From positions 11,263 through 56,682 of the forward strand of contig CAZYPJ010000002.1 in assembly GCA_964649365.1 (NCBI GenBank): a stretch of DNA of 45,420 nucleotides, given 5' to 3'. The stretch is from an uncultured Anaerolineales bacterium (GTDB lineage: Bacteria; Chloroflexota; Anaerolineae; UBA1429). Of the stretch, positions 1 to 8,266 are shown piece after piece. Under the pieces are notes generated by a model. The model made no database searches, was not told the origin of the DNA, and worked only from the letters and a program-made list of their open reading frames with translations. The translations under genes and the position numbers were made by a program. Each line of letters starts with the position of its first letter. Position 1 is the stretch's first letter.

Positions 1-697
1 AGTTGAACCCGACAAGCTGTGAGATTAACAACACGCCGATCAGGATTGTATTGCCATAACGATACAACCCCGAGAGCGTTTGACTGGCCTGCCAGGCCCA
101 GCGCCCTCGGATTAGGCTCAGTATTCCTAACAGAACGGTAAACCCATCTAACGGCGGTAGGGGCAGCAAGTTAAACAACGCCAGGGAGAGATTAATGATC
201 ACACCTACGTTCAAGGCGGAGCGCAGCCAGGTAATATTGTGAGGCGTAAGGCGCAATGCCAAACCAAAGAACAGCGCCAACAGCATATTTGACGCTGGGC
301 CTGCTAGAGCGGTGATGCCCCAGCCCAATCGCGCCCCCAAACGAAAGTTACGCGGCGAAACCATTACGGGCTTTCCCCAGCCAATTCCGAAGCCTGTCAA
401 GGTTGTAAGTACCATCATAATGGCGCCTGCAGGGTCGAGGTGCGCCAAGGGGTTCAGCGTAACTCGTCCCATATAGCGAGGCGTAGGGTCGCCCAACAGG
501 TCAGCCGACCAAGCGTGCGAGAATTCGTGGACAGTGATGGCGATAAGCAGCACTAACAACGATACCAAAATGAGTGGCGAGCCGCTTTGCCAGCGGCCCT
601 GCAAGAGCAGATAGGCCAGGAACAGGCCCACTACTGCCAACCAAAAGATGCGATCTCGCTGAGACCTTGAATTCCAGAACTCTTGAATTTTGTTCAT
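1..697 (-). CDS. Site-2 protease family (peptidase M50) membrane metalloprotease, 3' end cut by window edge
   Basis: Not in the ORF track because it runs off the window. Reverse-strand translation from the ATG (complement of 695-697) gives MNKIQEFWNSRSQRDRIFWLAVVGLFLAYLL...LIAITVHEFSHAWSADLLGDPTPRYMGRVTLNPLAHLDPAG...NLSLALFNLLPLPPLDGF... This contains the HExxH zinc motif and the NxxPxxPLDG motif typical of M50/S2P enzymes. The frame stays open down to position 1. Confidence 0.85.
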   Translation of the reverse strand, partial: MNKIQEFWNSRSQRDRIFWLAVVGLFLAYLLLQGRWQSGSPLILVSLLVLLIAITVHEFSHAWSADLLGDPTPRYMGRVTLNPLAHLDPAGAIMMVLTTLTGFGIGWGKPVMVSPRNFRLGARLGWGITALAGPASNMLLALFFGLALRLTPHNITWLRSALNVGVIINLSLALFNLLPLPPLDGFTVLLGILSLIRGRWAWQASQTLSGLYRYGNTILIGVLLISQLVGFN

Positions 698-875
698 GGG
701 CGCGATTATAGCACACTTTGATATAACAAGGTAAGCGCCTTGAGCGAGTGCGCCGCCGGGCGTACCTCTAAAGGCGTTGTTGCGTCTCTACTTGCAAAGC
801 GCTCGCTTTTACGCGTTAGCTATGCTTGCGCGTTGTGAATTTTCTGTCAAGATGGGATCATGGCTCTGTAATGCG

Positions 876-903
876 TTGACATCACTCCTGGGGTTGCTAT
901 AAT
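876..903 (+). promoter_or_regulatory. Sigma70-type promoter for the giant secreted-protein gene
   Basis: TTGACA (876-881), 16-nt spacer, then TGc-TATAAT (895-903). Both hexamers match consensus perfectly and there is an extended -10 TG. It lies in the ~350-bp lower-GC divergent intergenic region, about 140 nt upstream of the ORF start. Confidence 0.5.
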
Positions 904-1046
904 CCCAATAGGGGTAGTGTTTGTGGCACCCAGAGCTTCCCTGTATCATCGCAGCCACATATAACGGCTCTCCTACTTGAGCAACATTAGAGATCATAGA
1001 CGAATCGCGCATCGTCCGGGGCTTGACGCCGGGCGCTATTCGGGAG

Positions 1047-4000
1047 ATGACGGTGAAACGCATTTATTGGATTGTTATGTTGGTCGTTCTGTCTTTTGCG
1101 TTGGGGGGATCGGCGATTCAGGCCAGGATCGAACGCGACCCAGAGGACGCGTTGCCGGAGACCACGCCGCAGCGTACGCCCGTCGCGCCTGCGCTATCCC
1201 AACCGCCTCTGGACGCCGCCGCTCCTAGCGTTTCGCCGACCCCGTTAGGCTACATTCCGCCCTCCAGACCCCAGGTAGTGCCGATCATCTACCGCTTCTT
1301 TGACTGGGCTAACGACTGGCAAACGTTGCACCCCGAATATGGCCCCATCGGCTCGATCCATTTCACCATGTGGGAGACGGTGAATCCGGCGCAGGGCGTG
1401 TACGATTGGACCGAAGTGGATAACTTGCTCGCCAAAGAGAGCAAGTTCAGTGTCACATTACAGAATGGCCAAGTTATCTCCAAGCCCGTCGTGATCCAAA
1501 TTTTCCCGTATATCTCGAGTTATCCTGGTTGGGATGATGTGTACTTTTACGATGGCACGCCCAAATGGGTCTATGACCGCATTGACGCCGAGAACCCGAG
1601 CAACCCGCGCCCGGTGGTCAATGGCCACAAAGTTGGCTACAAACTCACCGGCTGCGGCAAAGTCGCCGTGCTGCCGATGTACGATAGTCTCACCTGGCAG
1701 AACGCCTATTACGATTGCATTCGCGCATTCGGCGCACGCTACAACAATCACCCCCAGGTAACCGCGGTAGTCATCAACACCGGACTGGACGGCGAGACCC
1801 AGCTTATCAAAGATTTCTATTGTAACTGGGAATATCTGGTCGATACGACCCTACCTGCCGGCGTGCGCTATCGGTTTGGTCAACATCTGACTAAATCTAT
1901 GGATGTTTACCGCGCAGCGTTTCCTAACAAACAGATCTTTATCAACAACGCCCCCGGCGGCAGCGGCATCCGCAAGAGCACTTCGGATTACGCCGCCTCG
2001 CTCAATCCGCCCGTGGGCATCAAACACTCGGGCATGTGGGTGGATCTTGACAGTCATCAGGGATATGGCGACTTTACCGGCTCGTGGGACATGGTCAAAA
2101 CCTACTCGATGACGTTGCCGATCTGGCTGGAATCGCCCTATGGATTTGGCAGCAGCGAGCTAAAGTATTGGGCGTTTCTGGCAGGCCTCCACTATCATCC
2201 CGATGCCATTGACGTTCATCCTGATTTCTTGACCATGACCAATCCCGAGATTTTGCGCTGGGTGGGGCGGCACTTGGGCGTCACCATTCAAGATACGCCT
2301 TCCGTGTGGACGGTGTTGCGCGATTACGAATATCCGTTGCAGAGCTGGGGATCGGGCGGCGTCTCGGGCAAGATGGGCGATTGGTCGTTCTGGTTGGTGC
2401 GTAAGGACATGACCGATGGCCGCGCGGTGCGCATCTGGCGCGAGGACTTGCCCTCTGCTTCGCAGGGCCACATCTTTTCTCGTCAGGCCCGGCGCACGGA
2501 CCAGGCCAATGGGCAACCGTATATGTATTTTGACGTGGATAACGCCTATCCGTATGTGAATCAAAAGCCCGTCGCCGAGTCGGGAGGCAACGTCTCTTTT
2601 CAAGTGCGTTTGATCTTTATGAACTCGGGCAGCGACACTCTTTCGTTGCAATATATGAATTATCAGGGACAGCAAGTATCGCGGACGTTGACCAAAGGCG
2701 CAGCGCTCGGCCCCGTCAATAATTGGGTCACATACACATTTGTCATGCGCGATGCTTTTCTGAATAACAACATCGGCACGTGTGATTTGCGCCTGTCTTG
2801 CAACGGCGATGGCGATGAGATCGTGCACTTGGTCGAAGTGCAGGGTAACTGGGGCGAACCGCCCACGCCCACGCCCACGCCTTCAGCCACGCCGCCGCCG
2901 CCGGCGACCTCTACGCCCACCCGCACATACACGCCGACGGCGACGCGCACGCCGACGCGCACCAGAACCCCCACCGCTACGGCGACGCCTCTTTCGGGCG
3001 GGCCGAGCGTCAGCAATGATGTGGCCATCTACGCCAATGATCCTTCGGCTAACCACGGACTCGACACAGTCCTGTTGCTGAGCGGCGACGGAAGCGGGCG
3101 GGCACTGTTGAGCTTTGATATGGATCAGTTGCCTGGCGGTTCTACGATCACCCAGGCCAAGTTGCGCCTGCGCACCACCAGCGTCACCAGCGGGCCGCTT
3201 ACGGTCTATGCTTATGGATTGAAGCGGGCCTGGGGAGAGATGGATGCTACCTGGCAATTATCCCACGGCAACGAAGTCTGGGCTGAGGCTGGGGCGGATG
3301 ATCCGTCCTACGACCGCGACGGCGCGGCGACGGCGTCTGTTGTTGCCAGCAGCGGCGGAACATGGTACGAATGGGATATTACCGATCTGGTACTGGGATG
3401 GTCCAAGCGCACCAGAGAGAACTATGGTGTTTTGTTGATCGCAACGGGCGGCTCTGGCTCTACCGTTGGTTTTTCGGCGCGCGAGGGGGCCTATTCGCCC
3501 GAGTTGAGCGTGCGCTATTATCCGCCTACGCCCACCGCTACGCCGACGTTGACGCTGACGCCTTCACCCACGAGCACCCCTGGGCCGACGCCTACGCCTA
3601 CTCCGACGCTGGCGCCTACACCTACGCTGTTGCCCGGCGGCAACAGCTATGGCGCCGTGCACGATACTTATATCAGCCAGTGGTACACGGCGTCCAACTA
3701 TGATACCGCGCCGTTAATTGTGGTGCGGCAGGGCGATATTGTCGCTTCGCTGCTCAAGTTCGATCTGAGCAGCATCCCGCCCGATATCGAGATCAACTCG
3801 GCCTCCTTGAACCTGTTTGTTTATCATCGCACCAATACGGGGTCTTTGTACGCCAAGGCATACAAAGTAAGACGCGCTTGGGATAATGACGAAGTCACCT
3901 GGAATCGCGCGTCGAACGCAGTGAGCTGGACGCAAGCCGGCTGCAACGGCGCAGGCACTGACCGCGACTCGGAGCCGGCAGACACAATTCTGCTCAATGC

Positions 4001-7000
4001 CGCGAACTTTTGGTTTAGTTTTGACATCACCGACATGGTGCGCGAATGGGTGCTCGACCCCTCATCGAACCACGGTCTGATTCTCAAGGGCGAGGGCAGC
4101 ATTTCCGTGCAGTACGAGTTCTCGTCGTCCGAATGGGATGATGTAACGCTTCGTCCGCAACTGGTTATCAGTTCGGGCGATCTGCCGCCCACGCCCACCC
4201 CGACAATCACGTTGACGCCTTCCATCACGCCGACGCCCACCGCCAGCCCGACCGCGTCGTTGACGCCCACCCCTGGGCCGACGGCGACCTTTACGCTGAC
4301 GCCCGTGCCGACGTTGACGCCGACCCCGACTCGCACCTTAACGCCCACACGAACGTTGACGCCGAGCCTGACGCCAACGCCATCGAACACGCCGACCCTG
4401 CAACCGAGCTTGACGCCGACGCCCACTGAATACGTGGCGGCGACGCCGACGTTGCCGACGGGCGCGACGCGCTACAATCCCGTTGCAGATACGACGCTGA
4501 ACCAATGGGGGCCGACGGAGAATCTAGGAGATTCGCCGCTGATGCTTGTGCGTCAGGGCGACATCCGCGCTGCGCTGATGCGTTTCGATCTGAGCAACGT
4601 CCCTGTGGGATCGTATGTGCATCAGGCGATGCTCAATATCTATGTGGATCACCGCACCAATAGCGGCCAATTGACCGGCACGATCTATGCGGTGCGCAAG
4701 AGTTGGAATGAGCTAGAGGCCAACTGGAACCAGGCTCGTTCAGGGGTCAACTGGGAGGCGGCGGGCTGCAACGGCAGCGCCGACCGCGACCTGACGCCGG
4801 TGGCGACATTCGAGTTCAACGCCGACGATACCTGGTTCAACATAGACATCACCTCGCTGGCGCAAAGCTGGGTAAATATGCCTGCTTCAAACTATGGCCT
4901 GGTCATTCGGGGCAGCGGCGGGGTTTCTGTGCAATACGAATTGGGGTCGCGCGAATCTACCAACGAGCTCAAAAAGCCGTGGCTTGCGCTCAAGTACACG
5001 CAGCAATCGCCCACCCCCACAACCCGGCCTAGCTCGACGCCGACGCGGACGCGCACCCCGCTGCCTTCGCCGACGGCCACACTGACGCCGACCGAGGGGC
5101 CGTCGCCTACCATCACGCCGACGTTCATGCCCTCGCCCACACGGCTATCGGGCGCTGAGGTTATCGCCATCCAGAGCGATACATATGTGGATCAATGGAG
5201 CATTGACGCCAACTATGGCGCGGGTCCAGCAGTGATCGTGCGCCAGGGCGATATCATGGCCCCGTTGTTCTATGCGCCGATGACGAGCATCGCAACTACC
5301 GAACAAGTGCTTGCAGCCAAACTGCATCTCTATGTAACATGGCGTAGTAATACGGGCGTATTGTTTACCTCCGTCCATCAAGTGCTGCGCGAGTGGAACG
5401 AGCAGCAGGCGAACTGGGTATTGGCCTCATCCGCCAACGAATGGCAAGAATCGGGCTGCAACCAGATCGGCGTGGATCGCGCTGGCGAATCAGCCGATGA
5501 GGTCACGCTCGACGCCGAGGGCGTTTGGGTTGCCTTTGACATTACCGCGATGGCGCAGCATTGGGTGGCTAATCCCGCCACGAATCATGGCTTGATTATC
5601 AAGGGCAGCGGAAGCACTTCGGTGCAATACGAGATCGCTTCAAGCGAGCATCCCGCTGTGGCAATTCGCCCCTGGATCGAAGTGGTGCACAGCCAGTCGT
5701 CGCCAACCCCAACGTTGACCTCGACACGCACCGCAACCCCGACGCGCACGCCAACGCCCACTACGGCAAGCAGCGCCACGCCGACTCCAACGCCGACCAT
5801 CACGTTGACGCCGACGCGCACGCCCTTGCCGACTGCCACGCCGACCGCTACGCAAACACGCACGCCCGCGCCATCGTTGACGCCCAGCATTACTCCCACA
5901 TTGGCGCCAGGAACGGCGATCATCCAAAGCGGCGATGACGCTACCCTGGATTCGTGGGCGGCGACGACGAACTCGGGTGCGGAGGCTTTTCTCCACGTGC
6001 GCCAGGGCGACATCAAGTCGTCATTGTTGCGCTTTGACCTGAGCACACTACCGCCTTCTGCCACGATCACCAGCGCCAAGCTGCGCCTGTATGTAACTGA
6101 GCGCAGCAACTGGCGCGAGTTGAACTTGGTGGCCTATCGCGTGCTCAGAAGTTGGAGCGAGGATAGTGTCACCTGGCAACAAGCCACAGCGGGCCAAACC
6201 TGGGGCGCTGCCGGCTGTAATGGCATCGGCTCTGATCGCGAGGGCGCGGTTGTGGGCCAGGTGAGCCTGCCCGATCCGGGCGCTTGGATTGAATTGGATA
6301 TTACCAGTGTGGCCCAAGCATGGCTCAGCTCGCCCGACAGCAACAAGGGCTTGCTGCTCAAGGGCGAGGCCAGCACGTCGGTCGAGTACAACCTAGCCTC
6401 TTTTGAGCACGAGACGGCAGCGTTGCGCCCGGTTTTGGCGGTCAACTACTCGGTGCCGACTTCTACGCCTTCTCCCACCGTGGCGGCCACACCCACTCGA
6501 TTGCCCAACTCAGCCAGTCTATCCACGACTGACGATACTTATATCAGTTCTTGGTTGCCCGATGGCCAGTTTGGCCAGGAGGCGCAGCTCTGGGTGCGCC
6601 AGGGAGACGTCATCGCTTCACTGTTGCGTTTTGACCTCAGTACATTGCCCAGCAACGCCGTCGTGCAGCAGGCGCATTTGCAGGTCTATGTGGTCGAGCG
6701 CAGCAACGCCAATACGTTGACGATATCAGCGTATCGCGTGTTGCGCTATTGGGATGGTCTCCAAGCTACCTGGCAACGCGCACTGACCAATCAAACTTGG
6801 AGTACAGCGGGCTGTAACGGCGCGGGTACAGATCGGCTGGCTGACCCATCTCGCACGGTCACGCTGGATGCTGTAGGTCATTGGGTGACGCTCGATCTCA
6901 CCGACATGGTACAGTATTGGGCGGCGCATCCAGGTGAAAACTATGGGCTGGCGCTCAAGGGCGGCGCGTCGAGCGTGTCGGTGGGCTATGCCTTGGCGTC

Positions 7001-8186
7001 CAACGATCACCCGCAGGCTGCAGCCCGACCTCGATTGGTGGTGCGCTATAGCGGCTCTACGCCCACGCCCGTCCCGTCGGTCACGCCTACTAGCGGTCCG
7101 AAGCCGCTTTCCACCGTGATAACAGTGGAGGCCGACGCTGCCCTGAATAGCTGGTCGGCCACCAGTAACTATGGTTATAGCGCTTTCCTTACTGTGCGCA
7201 CCTTTGGCTACAAACGTCCTATCTATCGCTTTTCACTGGCGAGTCTGCCCGCCGACGCCACTATCCAGCGGGCCGTGTTCCGCGCCAAGACCAGCGGCAG
7301 CGAGGGGGTGAGCCTGAATATCGAGGCGGTGGGGGTGCTGCGCGCCTGGAACGAAGCGCAGGTGACGTGGAACATCGCGCAGACCGGCCAGACTTGGGCC
7401 AGCCCGGGAGCCAATAACACTGCTTCCGATAGACTACCTAGCTCTGCAGCCATCGCCGCTGTTACGGGCGGCGACCGTTGGTGGGAATGGGATGTCACCG
7501 GTTTAGCGCAAGATTGGATAACGGGCCGAACGCCCAATCATGGGTTGATGCTAATATGCAACGATGCCTCTAGCCATAACGAGATCAATTTCACCAGCAA
7601 AGAATATGGCGTACCCGCGCAGTTGGTGGTCGAATATACTACCGGCCCGGTCTATCGAGATTTCACATTGCACCTTTACGATGGGCTGAACATGGTATCG
7701 TTGCCTGTGCGGCCCGACGACGCTACGACTGAGAGCTTGTTCGCCGGTATTAGCGACCGAATCGTGCGCGTCTGGACGTTCGATGCCGCCGACCCTGCTG
7801 ATCCCTGGAAGCTCTATGAACCATCAGGCGGCGAGGCTAACGATCTGGCGCAACTCTCGGTGGAGCGCGGTTATTGGGTCGAAGTATCGGATGATGTCGA
7901 GGTCACGGTTAATGGCCGCGTTTACTATGGCATGACAATCCCATTGCGCCAGGGGTGGAACTTTATCGGCTACCCTGCCCTCACTGAGCGTAGCCTAGAA
8001 TCGGCGTTGGATGGCATCGCTTCGTTCGTCGAATTGGTCTGGCACTATCGAGCGCAGGATGCCGCCGATCCCTGGAAGCGCTACGACCCTTCCGCCTCGC
8101 CCTGGTCGAACGACTTGACGCGCCTCTCGCCGGGCGAGGGGTACTGGATTCTGGTCAAGCAGGATTGCCAAATGACGTTGCGTTAA
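1047..8186 (+). CDS. Giant (~2,380 aa) secreted multidomain protein: signal peptide, glycoside-hydrolase-like N-domain, 7 DNRLRE/CBM96-like modules joined by Pro/Thr linkers, 2 C-terminal unassigned modules
   Basis: Uninterrupted 7.1-kb ORF. The track start is TTG 1023. ATG 1047 (MTVKRIYW...) or GTG 1053 (GGGAG at 1042-1046, 6 nt upstream) gives a classical signal peptide: KRIYWIVMLVVLSFALGGSAIQA. The N-domain motif MWETVNPAQGVYDWTEVDNLL resembles clan GH-A / GH42-like TIM-barrel hydrolases (weak call). The repeats are described in the next feature. Stop is TAA 8184-8186. Confidence 0.9.
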   Translation: MTVKRIYWIVMLVVLSFALGGSAIQARIERDPEDALPETTPQRTPVAPALSQPPLDAAAPSVSPTPLGYIPPSRPQVVPIIYRFFDWANDWQTLHPEYGPIGSIHFTMWETVNPAQGVYDWTEVDNLLAKESKFSVTLQNGQVISKPVVIQIFPYISSYPGWDDVYFYDGTPKWVYDRIDAENPSNPRPVVNGHKVGYKLTGCGKVAVLPMYDSLTWQNAYYDCIRAFGARYNNHPQVTAVVINTGLDGETQLIKDFYCNWEYLVDTTLPAGVRYRFGQHLTKSMDVYRAAFPNKQIFINNAPGGSGIRKSTSDYAASLNPPVGIKHSGMWVDLDSHQGYGDFTGSWDMVKTYSMTLPIWLESPYGFGSSELKYWAFLAGLHYHPDAIDVHPDFLTMTNPEILRWVGRHLGVTIQDTPSVWTVLRDYEYPLQSWGSGGVSGKMGDWSFWLVRKDMTDGRAVRIWREDLPSASQGHIFSRQARRTDQANGQPYMYFDVDNAYPYVNQKPVAESGGNVSFQVRLIFMNSGSDTLSLQYMNYQGQQVSRTLTKGAALGPVNNWVTYTFVMRDAFLNNNIGTCDLRLSCNGDGDEIVHLVEVQGNWGEPPTPTPTPSATPPPPATSTPTRTYTPTATRTPTRTRTPTATATPLSGGPSVSNDVAIYANDPSANHGLDTVLLLSGDGSGRALLSFDMDQLPGGSTITQAKLRLRTTSVTSGPLTVYAYGLKRAWGEMDATWQLSHGNEVWAEAGADDPSYDRDGAATASVVASSGGTWYEWDITDLVLGWSKRTRENYGVLLIATGGSGSTVGFSAREGAYSPELSVRYYPPTPTATPTLTLTPSPTSTPGPTPTPTPTLAPTPTLLPGGNSYGAVHDTYISQWYTASNYDTAPLIVVRQGDIVASLLKFDLSSIPPDIEINSASLNLFVYHRTNTGSLYAKAYKVRRAWDNDEVTWNRASNAVSWTQAGCNGAGTDRDSEPADTILLNAANFWFSFDITDMVREWVLDPSSNHGLILKGEGSISVQYEFSSSEWDDVTLRPQLVISSGDLPPTPTPTITLTPSITPTPTASPTASLTPTPGPTATFTLTPVPTLTPTPTRTLTPTRTLTPSLTPTPSNTPTLQPSLTPTPTEYVAATPTLPTGATRYNPVADTTLNQWGPTENLGDSPLMLVRQGDIRAALMRFDLSNVPVGSYVHQAMLNIYVDHRTNSGQLTGTIYAVRKSWNELEANWNQARSGVNWEAAGCNGSADRDLTPVATFEFNADDTWFNIDITSLAQSWVNMPASNYGLVIRGSGGVSVQYELGSRESTNELKKPWLALKYTQQSPTPTTRPSSTPTRTRTPLPSPTATLTPTEGPSPTITPTFMPSPTRLSGAEVIAIQSDTYVDQWSIDANYGAGPAVIVRQGDIMAPLFYAPMTSIATTEQVLAAKLHLYVTWRSNTGVLFTSVHQVLREWNEQQANWVLASSANEWQESGCNQIGVDRAGESADEVTLDAEGVWVAFDITAMAQHWVANPATNHGLIIKGSGSTSVQYEIASSEHPAVAIRPWIEVVHSQSSPTPTLTSTRTATPTRTPTPTTASSATPTPTPTITLTPTRTPLPTATPTATQTRTPAPSLTPSITPTLAPGTAIIQSGDDATLDSWAATTNSGAEAFLHVRQGDIKSSLLRFDLSTLPPSATITSAKLRLYVTERSNWRELNLVAYRVLRSWSEDSVTWQQATAGQTWGAAGCNGIGSDREGAVVGQVSLPDPGAWIELDITSVAQAWLSSPDSNKGLLLKGEASTSVEYNLASFEHETAALRPVLAVNYSVPTSTPSPTVAATPTRLPNSASLSTTDDTYISSWLPDGQFGQEAQLWVRQGDVIASLLRFDLSTLPSNAVVQQAHLQVYVVERSNANTLTISAYRVLRYWDGLQATWQRALTNQTWSTAGCNGAGTDRLADPSRTVTLDAVGHWVTLDLTDMVQYWAAHPGENYGLALKGGASSVSVGYALASNDHPQAAARPRLVVRYSGSTPTPVPSVTPTSGPKPLSTVITVEADAALNSWSATSNYGYSAFLTVRTFGYKRPIYRFSLASLPADATIQRAVFRAKTSGSEGVSLNIEAVGVLRAWNEAQVTWNIAQTGQTWASPGANNTASDRLPSSAAIAAVTGGDRWWEWDVTGLAQDWITGRTPNHGLMLICNDASSHNEINFTSKEYGVPAQLVVEYTTGPVYRDFTLHLYDGLNMVSLPVRPDDATTESLFAGISDRIVRVWTFDAADPADPWKLYEPSGGEANDLAQLSVERGYWVEVSDDVEVTVNGRVYYGMTIPLRQGWNFIGYPALTERSLESALDGIASFVELVWHYRAQDAADPWKRYDPSASPWSNDLTRLSPGEGYWILVKQDCQMTLR
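2859..7640 (+). repeat. Seven tandem ~180-aa DNRLRE/CBM96-like modules separated by Pro/Thr-rich linkers (protein-level repeat inside the giant CDS)
   Basis: Modules lie at approximately 2991-3522, 3633-4181, 4461-5000, 5151-5690, 5913-6452, 6507-7055 and 7107-7640. Recurring motifs: DTY(I/V)xxW, VRQGDI, LL(R/K)FDLS, Y(R/K)VLRxWxExxVTW, AGCNGxGxDR, NHGL(I/L)(I/L)KG, SV(Q/E)Y, RPxL. Linkers lie at approximately 2859-2990, 3523-3632, 4182-4460, 5001-5150, 5691-5912, 6453-6506 and 7056-7106, and are almost pure ACN/CCN (Thr/Pro) codons. Confidence 0.8.
7656..8183 (+). repeat. Two tandem ~85-aa C-terminal modules of unknown family (inside the giant CDS)
   Basis: Copy A: ...LYDGLNMVSLPVRPDDATTESLFAGISDRIVRVWTFDAADPADPWKLYEPSGGEANDLAQLSVERGYWVEVSDDVEVTV. 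Copy B: ...LRQGWNFIGYPALTERSLESALDGIASFVELVWHYRAQDAADPWKRYDPSASPWSNDLTRLSPGEGYWILVKQDCQMTL. Shared skeleton: G-N...P...ES...GI...VW...ADPWK-Y-PS...DL..LS...GYW..V..D...T. Confidence 0.6.
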
Positions 8187-8204
8187 GCGGCGCTCTCGTA
8201 AGCG

Positions 8205-8257
8205 AAACCGCCCGCCCGAAGCGTACAATTGGTGCGTCGGGCGGGCGGTTTGGTTTT
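8205..8257. terminator. Bidirectional rho-independent terminator between convergent genes
   Basis: AAACCGCCCGCCCGA (8205-8219) and TCGGGCGGGCGGTTT (8237-8251) are perfect reverse complements: a 15-bp GC-rich stem with a 17-nt loop. The stem is followed by GGTTTTGAG on the + strand. It sits 19 nt after the TAA of the giant gene and 10 nt before the stop of the minus-strand SDR gene. Confidence 0.7.
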
Positions 8258-8266
8258 GAGCTTGCT

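Noticed and set aside
501-716. Track ORF 501-716 (-), 71 aa.
   Set aside because: It is in a different frame from the M50 protease gene (ATG at complement of 695-697), which has HExxH and LDG motifs and covers the same DNA. The 71-aa product has no motif support.
2859-5912. CRISPR-like or tandem-repeat array in the repetitive DNA.
   Set aside because: The repeats are imperfect codon-level Thr/Pro tracts with no constant repeat unit and no unique spacers, and they lie inside a coding frame. No cas genes are present.
2663-6109. Minus-strand ORFs rich in Gly/Val (2663-3028, 3824-4426, 4892-5170, 5585-6109).
   Set aside because: They are the reverse-complement reading of the Thr/Pro codon arrays (ACN CCN read backwards gives GGN GTN). 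They lie entirely inside a 7.1-kb ORF with strong domain content, so they are shadow ORFs.
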